This document shows positions 1-13,500 of a DNA stretch of 64,000 nt, piece after piece. The DNA is from Balanoglossus misakiensis (lineage: Eukaryota > Animalia > Hemichordata): NCBI GenBank assembly GCA_040954595.2, contig CM082583.2, positions 11,359,656-11,423,655 of the forward strand, given 5' to 3'. Under the pieces are notes generated by a model. It did no database searches and was not told where the DNA came from. It saw only the letters and a list, made by a program, of their open reading frames with translations. A program made the translations under genes and the position numbers. Positions within the stretch are counted from its first letter, which is position 1. The number at the start of each line of letters is the position of its first letter.

Positions 1-1405
1 TTGTTAATAATGTCTTCAAATCATTTTCATGTGAAAAGGCCAGGCTTTTCTGAAGTGTACAAAGTCCGTAGTGTGGCGTTCTCACGTGACATGCCCCAAA
101 TGCCAATGAATCAATGTCTGTAGGTCGCAGATGACAGTCCTATAAGCATCGCAGGTGGAGGCGAATCTGGCGTGCCGCTAATTGAAGGTAATATCCGTGA
201 AGATGCTCGCCTGGATTGATGGATACTGGAAGCTTTCCCACTAATTAATTGATGTGGAGCTGGCAATATACTTCATCTGTTGGGGAGAGTCGTGATTTTG
301 TCTCAGTTCAAGAAATATGGATTTTCATACAGGTAAATTGGGGTGTCTGTGGGTGTTAAGAAATGCGGAGCTTGCGGTGTGTTTTAAGGGAAATTAAAGT
401 ATTGAAGTGCATCTCTTTTTGCTCATCATCTTGGTAAAACATCACTACCAGATCGTGTCTCTCTCTTGATGCCAAGATGTCTGTCATGCGAGATTGAGTG
501 GAGAGGCTCGTCCAGAATGAGTTGTCTGAAATGTAGATATGATTTTGAATCGATTCTGAAGACTTCAAAGTACAGGTGGTACCGATATCTTTCTTGCAGA
601 CATTGTGCATTCAACCATAGACAGTGTATGATTCAATGGATTTGTACATACATTGACAAGGACTTAATTCACTAGAGAATATTCAGATTCTCATCTTCAT
701 CTCGGTGGCCGTCTCCCAGGCTAATTTGTTTTTGCTTTATGGTTATCTCCATGCAGGATTCATTCAAAACGGAAATCTGTGCAGAGAATTCAGTACTATC
801 TTCAAGATGTTGTTTCATTTCCGTGAATAATCCAAGTTGAATGCAAAATGAAATCCCTTTGAATTTGTCCAATCTTGTTATAAAAGAACGAAGAATTCAG
901 CGCAATTCTGATTTATTTAAAATAATTGTCTTCATTATGTTTCACTTTAGGCAGCTATGGTGAAAACATGTGACCTGCTTACTGTGACAGGGTTCCGAGA
1001 AAAACTAACTTGCACCAGCAAATATTTGCATTCGGTGCAGTAGACGGTTTAACCTGGTAAACACTGTGGTTCGCTGCAGCCCTGGTCTGTTTGCTGACAT
1101 GTACATTGTACATGCACATAGGTTCTACAGAGGAATTCGGAAAGTGAACGATTTTACCTGTGCAGGGACGGAATGATTAGTTGTTAGCTCTTCAGTTTAA
1201 GGTCAGGTCATTGTTTTTCAATGATGTTTGATGGATGTGTTTTCTTTTCAATTCCCACACTTCACAACACTCATGAAATCTTGATGCTCTGGTACTAAAA
1301 GTAAGAGGTTTACTTTTCTTCTTTGAGTTAGGAGATGTACCATAAATTATTTATCCGTACGGAGGCAAATGATTCGATTTTCTTCACTTTCTGTGCAGTA
1401 CAACT

Positions 1406-1436
1406 CGGCCATTTTGTGTCTGGTAGCCGTGGCAAC
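1406..1436 (+). promoter_or_regulatory. Candidate RhoGEF upstream promoter elements: YY1-like CGGCCATTTT and RFX X-box GTAGCCGTGGCAAC
   Basis: The X-box at 1423-1436 fits GTNRCC-N2-RGYAAC. A YY1-type motif lies at 1406-1415 and a CCAAT at ~1626. All lie upstream of the first coding exon. Function is inferred. Confidence 0.35.
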
Positions 1437-1785
1437 AGGTCAAAACCCAAGCCTGGAGTTGGAAGGGGCAAGCACGCCACGCTCACATTTAGCATTGATG
1501 GATGGCGCAGAACGACTAGTTACAGAATTCCTAACCCGATAGTTCAGACTTGCCAGTGAATTCAGATGATTAGTCTGAGATAATTAATGCCGTTTTACTC
1601 TCGTGGCATCTGTCAAACTAACCGACCAATAAGCGAGGAGCCCCCCTCCTATAGTTCACCTGCAGTAGTGATACACTTTTCAAGTATATATCAGGTATTA
1701 ATGTCACTGCATACATTTACCTACATGTGGTGGGATTTTCCAGGTATTGGTGTCAAGCATTGTGGGTTTTAATGGAGTGTCCTAA

Positions 1786-2588
1786 GGCTGCATTCACAAA
1801 CACCTCTGGAGGGGGGGCGGGAGAATTGAGGGGGGGGATTTGAAAAAATTGAGGGTATGTAAGGGGGGGGATTTGGAATAATTTGGGGACTGAAAGGGGG
1901 GGACTTGAAAACTTTAACGACTAAATATTTATTTTGAGTCCACAAAAATGCAGTTTCGCGCCCTTTATTTTACAAAATTTTCTAATGTGGGAGGGGGACA
2001 CCCCCTCCCACACCCACCCCCTCCATTCTTCAACACCTTTCAATTATTGACTGGTTTATCTAGTGTCCCAGGTCAGGGGACTTGCCCCACCCCATGATAA
2101 CTTTGAGCGGTGACGGTTAAATTTGTCCTCCCCAACATACCGGTAGTTGAGTTAATTTGTTTTTGCCGGGTTCATTAAAATGCAGCTTTGAGCTCTGTAT
2201 TTTAGAAAATTTTCTTACGTGGGAGGGGGACACCCCCTCCCAAACCCACCCCCTTCAATTCTCGGTTTACAATGTCTCCCAACACAGAATACAAATATAT
2301 GTACTTAAAAAATAAAAACAATGTTCAGTTTTAATACCCACTGATGAGGGGAAACATCAGTTTCAAATTCTTTTCATGGGAGCGCTGTTTTTCTTTTTAC
2401 AAGATAGATAGGTGATGTGTTTTGCTCTGTGAAAGAAAATGGGGGGGGGGGGATTTCAAAATTTTGGCAGTTCGGAAGGGGGGGATTTGAAAATATTGGC
2501 AGTTCGGAAGGGGGGCATTTGAAAATTAGCGGTAAAAAAAATTGAATTCTCCCGCCCCCCCCCTCCAGAGGTGTTTGTGAATGCAGCC
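1786..2588. mobile_element. Non-autonomous PIF/Harbinger-type DNA transposon (Tourist-like MITE), 803 bp
   Basis: Terminal inverted repeats GGCTGCATTCACAAACACCTCTGGA(G)nCGGGAGAATT at 1786-1827 and 2545-2588 differ only in G-run length. TAA target-site duplication at 1783-1785 and 2589-2591. No coding capacity. Confidence 0.85.
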
Positions 2589-4544
2589 TAAGGCTATTTT
2601 ATTTCCTCCAACCTGAAAAAGTCACACAGCAACTTCCTGAACCCATCATCCTGAACCCGTGGTCTTTTATACAATTGACATATTACCTATCATAAGTATG
2701 GTAACTTTCCTGCAGGTTTTTTCTTACTCAACAAAGTATGTACTCTTCTTCCCATCTTGTAAATTACTTCAATCATAGAATTCTGAAAAAAACTTGGGTT
2801 ACTCAAATACTGGTGAATGTCTGTTGCTGTGGGGCTAGTCATTGAGAACGATTGGTTCAAAAAAATTCAAATTTTGAGCAAAGTGAAACTGAGTGAATTC
2901 ATAAATTGAAATATCGTGTACATCCACAATCGTGTGACCTCAAAGCCATTAGCCGACTCACTAGCGGTTCATCAGTGATCTCTGTGACGCAAGAAAATCC
3001 AGGGACAACTCAGAATTTTTCCCAAATTCCCATTTTTGACCCCAAATGGGGCCGGGTTATTCCTTGTCAGAGGGGGGTACTTGTTCTTGGAAAAATGAAA
3101 GTGCAAGTTGGTGTTCTTTAAATTGGTTTAATCTCATTACAGAGTTACAGTGTAGCTAAAAATACATAATCTTAGACGTCAGTCAAAATCCAATAATCTT
3201 AATTAAGTAAAAGGCTTGAGTTGGCTGAACATGAGTATTGATTATATTTCTACATGCATTGAACAGCAGGCTTCATACTGATCTACACAGTGGTGTGGGG
3301 GGGGGGGGGAGGTGGCGTTAACGTCAGGGTTGTTACATGTTTTATTTTGCATGTTTTAAGTACAGTATAACCACAGTATAAAACAGTAACACAATAAATA
3401 AGAAATCCGGCAAAAAATGAGTCCCAGAAACTATAGAAACAGTGACTTTGTCAGACAGTGTAGATCTACTGATTCGAAATGAGACAGGCCAACACACAGT
3501 GCTTGTACTTTTTGCTGATGGACAGGGCTCCTGACACATGTACAATTGGGTGCACAAGGGCTTCACGTTTAATGGGAATTTTATGAGTAGTCAATCATGG
3601 GTGGATGACATCACAGATGCGAAGCCCAGGAAATTCACCTTTATGGCACGGACATAGTTGTGCTGTCGATGCATTTTGTAGGATGCCTTGAGGCCGGCCA
3701 TTGATTCGTGTCGCCACCGTCATCTTCCCCGATTATACTTTTTACGATGTTAAGGTTGATGAGAAGTGTAAATATGGAACCGAGTAATTTCTCCCTTATC
3801 TGTAAAATGTATACTGAAAAACATGTCTGTAAATCACTAGTTTGCTGTATTAGCTAATTTATAGCTGAGTGTGTGAATTGGTTAATTTAAAATGTTGCCA
3901 ATTCAATCATTTCTCCATATTTACTGATTGTACTCAAAATTAAAAGAAACAAGCTGTTACTATCAAAATGTTAAGTGTCATGCTATTGTAGTTAATACTA
4001 TTCAATTTTCAACAGCATCAGGTCATTAAAAATATGTTACTATAATTTTCACACTCATCACTTATCACATTTCTTCAGAAAATTCATACACTGTTTTGAA
4101 TTCACATGCAAGAGATTGCATTCAGTTTTTAGTTTTCGCATTTCATGTAAGCCAAGCCGCGGCGACTTTTGATGTTTTCCAGCGAGAACCCTGGGGAGAC
4201 TGTGACACACAAAATGCAACACTCAGCATAAATACCATTGCTTTCATTTCCTTTCCTTATCACTGCTCCATCTGAAAGACATGTACAGAAAGATTTGGAC
4301 TCCAGAGATTATTACTTGGCTGCTTGCCCAGTGATATGTCGACGTTTCATGAAAATCGGTTACTTTCATTACCTCATAAAATGGCAATTTTGTATGATTA
4401 TGTTGGAATGAAGTAATCTCTTTTACATGGGCCCATGCACGCCAACCACATTTGGTGTAAAATTTTTACTTTATTATTCTAAATTTGCACATCACACTAA
4501 CCTCACTCTTTTTATGGTTTGTTTGTTCAACAGAAACCTGTCGG

Positions 4545-4577
4545 ATGGCATTTTCTCCCCAAAGTGCACCACTTTAT
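4545..4577 (+). CDS. ARHGEF28: RhoGEF first coding exon ([11 protein letters not shown])
   Basis: Acceptor ttcaacag before 4534, ATG at 4545, donor TAT|gtaagt. Resembles AKAP13 MKLNPQQAPLY and ARHGEF28 MELSCSEAPLY. Confidence 0.85.
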
Positions 4578-7500
4578 GTAAGTATCCATGTCAAGTTGAA
4601 AAAAGCAGAGCAGAGAATTTTAAAGGCTTGGTGCTAAGAATATAAATGATGCGTAGACGATACAAGATGTCACCAGGGAGTTGGGGAAAAATCTTGACAG
4701 CTTGTTTTCTCTCTGCTCTGTCTTCTCAACGGTTTACTCAATAGATGGAAACTATAGTAAAGTATTTCTTCACTTCACATATATTATCTTTCAAGGAGTA
4801 TTCTCAGAAGTACATGTATGTCGTTTTTGAAAGCCTTGCGTGAATGTCAATGTTAATAATTACCCTAATTACAAGGTTGCACTGTGACAAGCTATTTTTG
4901 GAGTTTGGACCATTATTCAAGGAAAAAGAAACCCATGTACTGAAGTGGAATGATTTTAAAAAACTTCTTTATGATCATCTAAAAGGCTTTGTATTGTTTG
5001 TTGAGCTTTATAGTGATGATGCTATTAAAGGTAAATTTATGTTTATATGCAGGTCATTAAGAGGCTCAAAGCTTTATAAACCTCTTTTTGCATCATAAAA
5101 AGATGATTTTCTGCTGTAACAGAAGAGCCAAGCAAAGCTTAAGTTTGATTGATATTGGTTTTCTTTCAACCTGTCAGTGTGTGGAGACGTTACACACAGT
5201 TTGATTTGATTGTCAGGTCTTGATGTAATAATTCAACCTGCTTGTATTTAGATTTCTTGCCAGTGTTGCACATGCGTACAGCAGGCAGTGTGAAAAAATG
5301 TCACTTTTTGCAAGTCAGCTGACGAAGACGGAACTGTAGAGGGCGATGACACATGTACGTGTTCAGAATGAAACATGTTGAACAGTTGAAAGGCACTGAC
5401 AGGTGTTCAAGAGATAAAATCTTATTGGTTCTCGTATAAAAGTAGAAACAGAAATACTGAACATGAATTGGCAAGCAGGTTGAACAAACATGATACCCCA
5501 TTCGTGTGATTATTAAACTGATCCGGACTGAAGGTCATTATGGTCTGTTCAGTTGCCATGGTTTACCATTGCTATTGAACTTGTCCAGTGTTCAAGGGGA
5601 AGGACAGAAAAAGGGAAGGAATGCTTTAATTATAAAAAATGCCAGGATTTTCATTTCATCAACTGTGGCTTTTATTAAACATTGTTGAAGGAAGCTACAT
5701 TGTAATGTCCCCTTCCATCTGGGGTCAAAAGATCCACTTGTTGTCATGGTGATATGGATCCTGTGGCATCCATGTCTCCCCTTGTGAAGTTCTTGATTTT
5801 CGTTGAATCTTTAAATTCTGATGCATGTTGAGAGAGAGAGAGAGAGAGCAGTAGTGTGACTTCATTACAGTGCTGCCTAGATGCAAAGTCACAGCCAGTT
5901 TATGTTGACTACGCAGTGAAGCAAGTTTTGTCTTGATTACTGCATGCTTTAATGCGATGTCACTCGCATTCAGTCAGGAGGACATATTTTAGTGCATGAA
6001 GTACCATCAACCACAAAAATACAGTCATTTCTAATTTACCTAATAAGCATGTCCAGGTATATGATAACTGGTATATGATAACCCCCTGTTGTGAATGCTG
6101 GACCAGACTGAGTGTATTTCTGTAATGGATTTCACAGCAGAAGGTTTTCGATTCTTAATTCCCCAGCAGAAATGTTAGTAGTTTTGATGCAAAGGATTTT
6201 TGTTGTTACTGGCTTCCATTGACCTTAGTCAACCAAGTGGCAATTATTCAAGGATGCTCTCAACAAAAGGACGTTGAAGGTCGAAATCGCAATACAACGT
6301 GATTTGGATAATGACCTTTAGTTGAACTTGGGGGGAATAAATCAGTTGCAAGAATTAAAATGATTAATCACTTTCTTCCTGTTGCTAACAACTGCAACTG
6401 TAAACTTTCAACCACAAATCAGTTGTTGTTTTGATGTATGGGGGTGTTGACACGACCAATATGTCTTGTCAGAAAATTACTTCTTGTTTATGAACTCATG
6501 GCTCTGCTGAGGGGCTGACACTGCCCCCAATGTGACCTGGTGGTGCTGGCATGTGCTGACCCTGCTTTTAGTGAGTGTTGGCAGGGTCAACTCGGGGTGC
6601 CCACTTAAGAATCAATTTCATCTCCCAGTTGGTTTGCTGAGATTGTGTAGTGTGAAATCTTGTTTCGCAGAAGTACTTGTCATCAGTCATTTGTATATTC
6701 TCATCTGTATATCTGTAACTGTTATTTGATGGAATGCATGCAAGGAATGGGTGAGGTTTGGTTGGTGATTGCTTTTTATATAAGCTGCATTGACCACAAC
6801 ACAAGTGCAGCGCTATGGCTGGGTTTATCAACATTACTCAGACTGGCATGCTTCTAAATTACCCTTTTCCGTGATGTCATTTTTGTATCAAAGTTCCTGC
6901 CCTTTTACAAGACTTTTGGCATGGCCTGACCCATATGATTAGAAACATTGTATGTCTCCTTAGTTTTGTATGCACGTGATTTGTTTTCTCCAGTGTGTGA
7001 AAACATCTATTTATAGGACTTCTCTCGGGCAGAGAGGTCACTGAACTTCAACCACATTACTGGCCAAGATCAAACATAATACAGACCTGTCAATAAATAT
7101 TATTGACTTACAATTGTAATTGCCATTCACCTGTTTAAAATAAGACTTATGTGTTTAGGTTGATGACCTATTTCATATTTTGAATGCACAAACATGATGA
7201 ACACTGCAATAATGTTTAAAGCCAGGTTGTGTTTTTCAGGTTGAGCAAACCTCGAGAGATTCGGGTTTCCAGATCATAAAAACTCCTGCCCAAAAATGTA
7301 CAACAGATAGACAATAGGTTTCAATGTCAGAGCCGAAAAAACATCAGGCACTCCGGACACTTGAAGGTCTTTCTTTAAAAAAATGTTGGCTTGCGGGCCA
7401 ACAACATGTATTGACACAAAGGTTAGGTGGTCATTTCAGTGGCTTCATTTTCCTGGGTTGTTGTCCCTTGGTGTTTTTTGTTATGGTGGAGATAGACTGG

Positions 7501-10500
7501 CTGTTAAAAATAAACAATCAGACATGTACAAACTTTGATGGATTTCAACAAATTTTGGCCAGGTGCATTACATGTATAAGAGAATCTGCATCTGGTTTTG
7601 TAAAACAAATGAAAAAACACACATTGTTGGAAGTTTACAACATGTCGCAGTGAATCACCAACTTATTAAACAGTAACCTATTGTATTGAAGTGCAGGTAG
7701 GCCAAAGGAAGTGATAAGAGGTGTTCTGTTGTCAATTGGTGTTTACAATTTTCACAGATTGTTTGACATCACTCAAGTGTTTACATCACTACCAGACATT
7801 AGTCAGGGTCCCAGGTCTGTGTGCGACAGGAAGTTGGTGAATTAAGTTTTGTCCACAGTCGTTCTTGATCACAATCCAAAATGCCTAGCCTGCAGAACAT
7901 GGCCGGTGTTTTGCCGCCCCAGGTAAGTTTTCACCCGATAGACAGGAGTTCGGATAGCGTTGCACATCTTGTTGTACTACTTCTCAAGAGGAAAAAGTGC
8001 TTATGCTGGTCTGTGTTTATCATTCACAATGTCATTGATTATAAATTGCATTGCGAGGCATTACGGTACACCGTTAGGTTTTCGACTTGCGCAGTTGTCG
8101 TGACAAACTGAAGCATTCTATTTGGTAATTTAGCAATAAAGCAAATCACCGTTCAGCTATCGCTGCTCCTCATCAGTACTGAATTGCAAATAAGTGAAAT
8201 CCAGTACCGACCAATAAGTTCTTGATGCATTTCCTAGATTCTTCTGCGATTACTTCAGGGGATACTCGATCTCGTCTGTCGTTTCACCTGATTTTTTTTT
8301 TGGGGGGGGGGGTTCTCAGTCTAGCTGTATGCCTTTCTCACTCTGGAAATCTTACCTGTTGATGGCTTTGTGTGATTTTATGTTTATGAATAACTATGGA
8401 CATGAGGTTTCCGTCAGAATCTTGTCATGTTATCACTTTGACAGCAAAGTAAAGTTTTTAAAATCGGGGGCCAATTCAGTCATCAATAGCAGGGAAATAA
8501 TGGCTTGTCTGTCTGCAGGTCTAAATGAAAAGTTACATAAACCTTTATCTTTCCCACAGTTGCTATAATTCAGTGTTTTCAAAGAACTGTCAGTTTGATT
8601 TTAAGACAAAGGCACCAAGTTGTACCTGTTTGCACCACTTCTATTCTGTGACAATTAAACATTTTATTTGTTGAAAGGTTATGACATATTACGTGTGTGA
8701 AGACCATTCATATACTCACAATAGTATATATGACAAAGTGTGAGGGTCGTAGCTGCAGTCACGTACGCAAACTCTTCCAGGGGGGGGGGGGGGGGATGTG
8801 TGATGACACATTTTGTTTGGTGTAAACCCAATGCCAGCAAAAGCTCAAGAACTATACAAAAGTATTTATGACCTGAAATAAACTTTGTCCAACACAAACT
8901 AATACTACTGGTTCATCCAAATGTTTTCATCGGTGTGGGTCTGACCACTTGGCACATGATAAAGCAATTTGCAGTGATTGAACATTTACCTGTAAATATG
9001 TTGTTGCAGCAACAACCCTGTTTACAAAAAACTTTCATGGTCCAGTACCAGTGCAGTGCTATTCAAAATCTGAGAGAAGACTCAAAATTGGGCCCTTTTG
9101 TATAAAGGAAATGCTAGAAACATGTAGATAGATAGGTAGATAGTTGTCTTTTGTTGCTGGTGGTTAAAAAAATCAGCAAATGAGCTTTACGAGAATTAAA
9201 TCCGATGACAGTCATCAGCAGGTTGAAAGGCGACTAATTGACTTCAATGTAATTGGATAACCAGGGTGGCGTATTGTTTGTTGCTAAGGCGTTGTAGCGT
9301 GGGCACATGGACAACACGTGAGGTTGCCTTAATCATTTCATTTAAAGTGGTGGCTCATTTGATTATCCTAATGTATTTCAAGGTTGAAGACAGTCACGTT
9401 GACGATCACACTATGTATTTGTCTGTCTGTCTGTCTGTTCCCCTGTCTTGGTGTGTCCATGGCTATTTGTCGTGGTGTGTCTGTCACTTTCTCTGTCTTT
9501 CTCTCAGCACATGCCAAATATATGTCCCACCATCCGGATGATCCCTAATGGCAAAACTTTAGTAATTAATGTACAACTGAAGTTGACTGAATCTGAACTG
9601 TGTATACCACAAGTAGTCCTTGCGAATATCTATTTACATATGCTGTGTTGAAAGCGGTGATTGGCCCAATAAGAGGGTAGAATAAACTTGCGCTGTAATC
9701 TGTTTGACAGGCAGTGTTTCACACACTACAACATTTACATATGTATGCATTCATGCAGAGTTTGGTATTCTAATTCAGTGTTATTGCAAGATCAAAACTT
9801 GAGCTTGTGTTTCTGTGTGAGGGAAGTAACCACAGTACCACCTCAGTTACAGTGCCATGAGCAAAAACACCTCCAGGCATAACAAGTTTCTCCGTAGTCT
9901 ACCTGTGGACAAACCGCCAGGAAATTGGGTGCCTTAGAAAAAAAAATCCATGTTATTTTACCTTTGTATCTGAAGTTTTGAAAGTTCATAATGATTTTCA
10001 AGTCTATATGTTATCTACACCGCCCCAGATTGGTAAGTTAAACACATCTTCTCCAGTAAATGGTGTTTTTTTCCATGGAAGATTGCATGAGTAGCGGGTT
10101 AGTCTTTCTCTTGGTTGAAGCAGAAATTCCAGAACCGTAGCCAAATATTTGTGGATCTGTGCGACAGTCCTGAGACCACTTAGGGTCTCAGGGAGCCAGA
10201 CTTGTTTGTTGTGGTGTCTGAGAAAAGCAAACAAACTCAATTTGAGAAAGACAAAGGTATACATTAGGATTTCTTTACAGATATTGGTTTTTTAACTGCT
10301 AGTTTATAGAGAGTAACTACATGTAGGTCAGAAACGATGATAGAAAAGTTCTAACTTTATTTTAAAACTTTATACGCATCATTTATCATGTTTGAAAGAA
10401 AAAACGAGAATGCTTTCAGATCATGACCATTATAATGTCAAGGGCTTACTCAAATTTTGCAACAAAAATAGTTTTGAATCTCAGGGTCTTGGTCAATTTT

Positions 10501-13500
10501 GCTGAACTATTTTGCATATTTCTATTAAGAATGTTTTATATATTTATATTCAATAGTCAGTGTGTGTGTGTGTGTGTGTGTGTTTTCAGTGAAGGTTGTA
10601 TCAGTATTCTGAAGGGAGCTCAAGAGAATTGAAATGGAGACCATGAACTGTCCAGTGTATAATAATAAGCACAGTAAGACTTCAATTAAATTACTGCCTG
10701 TCAGTTGTTAATAGTAATCATTTGGCTGTAGGGGAGCTATCAGTGTAACTGATGGCATACTTAGATACAGGAATTTCTGCATGGTGAACCTCAATGGTTG
10801 ATCTCTACTGAGCACCGAACAGTGAAACGGAATAGCAAAGAACCGACTGATGGGTGTGTGAAGAGTTTAGGAGGAGAGGGGAAGGAGATGGCAGAGTAGA
10901 AGAGATGGGATGGAAAGTTTGTCACTTTGTAACAGTTCATTTACCTCGTTACTTAAACTGGGACAAAGTCGCTCACTTTTGACATTATTTTTGTTGTTTT
11001 GGTTACGTTTGGTAGCTTATGACCAAATCTGGCAATTAACCAGTTTATAGTGTCTCGCGTCAAAAGTTTTCTCGGTCTCAGTGCAACAGTGATGTGAAAA
11101 TAAAAAAGTAATGGTTTGAATGACATGCTCATGGCCAAACATGTGCCAATAGACTTGTAAAGTACAGCAGGGGGTCCCATTGGTATACATCAGACCTCAC
11201 GTGTGAATCCGCGTGCCTCGTGTTTGCTTTGCCCGTGGCGTTTCTCGGTGGCATAGCTGTCTACGTCAAGTAGTTGTCACTGAACAGAGAAGGTCGTAGT
11301 AACTTCGCAGAAGTGGGAAGGATTTGGCTAGACTTTATTCGGGGCATAGAGGGTGGTTGAGGGGGGGGGGGGTGGCGTCTCCTCTGAAATTTGACATTGT
11401 AGTTCCCTTTAAACTTGAAGGAACTCGACTGATGGGTATTGAATGCAATCCCTTCACCTCAAATGAGCATCAGAAAATGTGAGAGAGAAAAACTATCTTG
11501 CTGGAAGCTTGAACACACCAGGTGTGTTGAGAACTTTAATGATCATGTGAAAGGCGTCATCATTAGTCCTCACTCCACCCTGTCATTTTTCGTTGCAAAA
11601 ACTGCAAAAAGGTTCTTTTCTTCCACCAAGGATGCTAAACTATAGAATCGGCATACCTTCTGGGCAAGGAATGCTGAACTCTTTTCGGTAACTGTCGCCG
11701 GCGGTAGTCGTAAAACTTTTGTTGCATGTTACACAAGTCACTCTCCTGATTAGAGGTGTCTAGTGGTGTGACCCTGAAAGCTGGCAGATTCCGTAGTCTT
11801 AGTGGTTTCACAAAAGGTAATGCACCGTGTAACAAGCTAATAAAAGCCGTCCATAGACGAGACGAGCAGGACACAGCATGCTTATTGTTGTAATTCCATG
11901 TTACATCGAGCATGGATTTGTAAATCTGGTTAATTGGCTCTATTTAATGCAAACATTTACAGTTATGTAGTACCCTTGTATTAGTCTTTCAGGAAGTCCC
12001 AGCTCTGAGCTCCTTCAACATTTTCTCATCGGCAGCTTGTTGTTGTTCCAAATCTAATTTGTGAAGATGAAGTTATAAATATAGATAGCTGCATAATAAA
12101 CCCTTCAAGGCAAAAGTCATCAAAGCTATTGACTTTAATTTCACCTGGACCAGACTCGAACCCCTCCCCTTCTTGCAAGTGGCAAGTCTGCTGCAAGTCT
12201 CTTTAAACCTGTTACCTTCTGACTCAATATTCGCTTTTGTTGAAAGTAATTAGCAAACATTCTCAAATGATTTTTTCATTTTTGTTTCTCCGTAGGGTGG
12301 TAAAACAGTAGTGGTAGCGTTTGCTGATGAGAATTCACTGCCTACCATTGAGAAGGAGCTGTACCTGATATTTGAAGGATCAGAGACAAGACATGTGACG
12401 TCTGTCAACAGATTAAACACCTACACACTGCAGGCCGTTATACCAGGTGAGAAACAACGCATTTCCTAAACCATGGAGATCTGAGACTGACCATCGATGT
12501 CACGCAACCATCTTTTGCTACAAGCTTGTCCAAAGCATGTTTTAATCTCCAAGTATTCATCTTGTCAGCAAATCACATCACTTCTGTCGCATGCGCCTGT
12601 TTTAAGTAATAAACCCATGTCGCAAAGAAGTGTCTATTTGTAAATGTGCAGTGCCTCAACTTGCCGACATTAAATGTCTGTGCTTGAGGGTCATGTGGTC
12701 AAGTCAAAACTTTATTGTATAATTCTTTGATGTGGCCGCGAGAATAGACGCAGGAGGCATGTTCAAGCGGTCCTCTTTATAGAGTCAATTGCCAGGTTAC
12801 GTGATCAGGCCTTTGATTCAGAGCTGCCTGGCCCAAAAAGTAGGGCGGGTTACTAACTGTTCTTTGCCTTGCAGCGTACTTTTGATGGTCTTTAAGAAAT
12901 TGAAATCACACTGCTTCTCAGAGTATGCAGTCCTTTGAAATGAATTCAATCTAAATTCCATCACTTTTGAAAAATACATTCCAAGGAGTGCAATTATGCC
13001 GCCAAAGAATGTTTTTTTTCTCTCTTCCCAGAGGCAATCTCAAATCGATGTTGAGCATTCCAAAAAAATGTTTTCTAAGATGCTTTGAAATCTCTTCTGA
13101 GTCTTGTATCTCAGTTCTCTTTTTGCACATCAAAGTAGGAGAAATTTTAGCATTCTCCCTCAAGAATCAATACTCAAATGAATAGAACAGCTTATATTCT
13201 GAATTTTCATTCTGAATGTCACCACAAGTGGAAATTTTTTGCCAATCTCAGCAGTTTTATTTCAAGAAATTACCAGAGTTCTATGATGCAAAGATTCTGT
13301 CCATGATTCCAGAACTACAATAAGAGCCCGGAATATTGTCTTCCCCGTAATGGAAGTGCCCTACTTTGGATAATACTGGGGGGGGGGGGGGGGGGGGGGG
13401 GAGTAAATGACAGCGGTCACCATGGTAACCATAGCAACCAAAACCAGGTCAACTCACTGCTTCCTTCCCGCTACTCTCCAAGAAGTTGGATCAAAGGAAT

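Noticed and set aside
356-872. Two short minus-strand ORFs (84 and 66 aa) with protein-like composition
   Set aside because: No recognisable domain and no consistent splice chain; at most a decayed coding or TE fragment.
13378-13401. Poly-G run of ~24 nt (others at ~3296, 8303, 8780, 11361, 26382, 41195, 53278)
   Set aside because: Homopolymer runs recur throughout the window without shared flanks; no evidence of a specific function.
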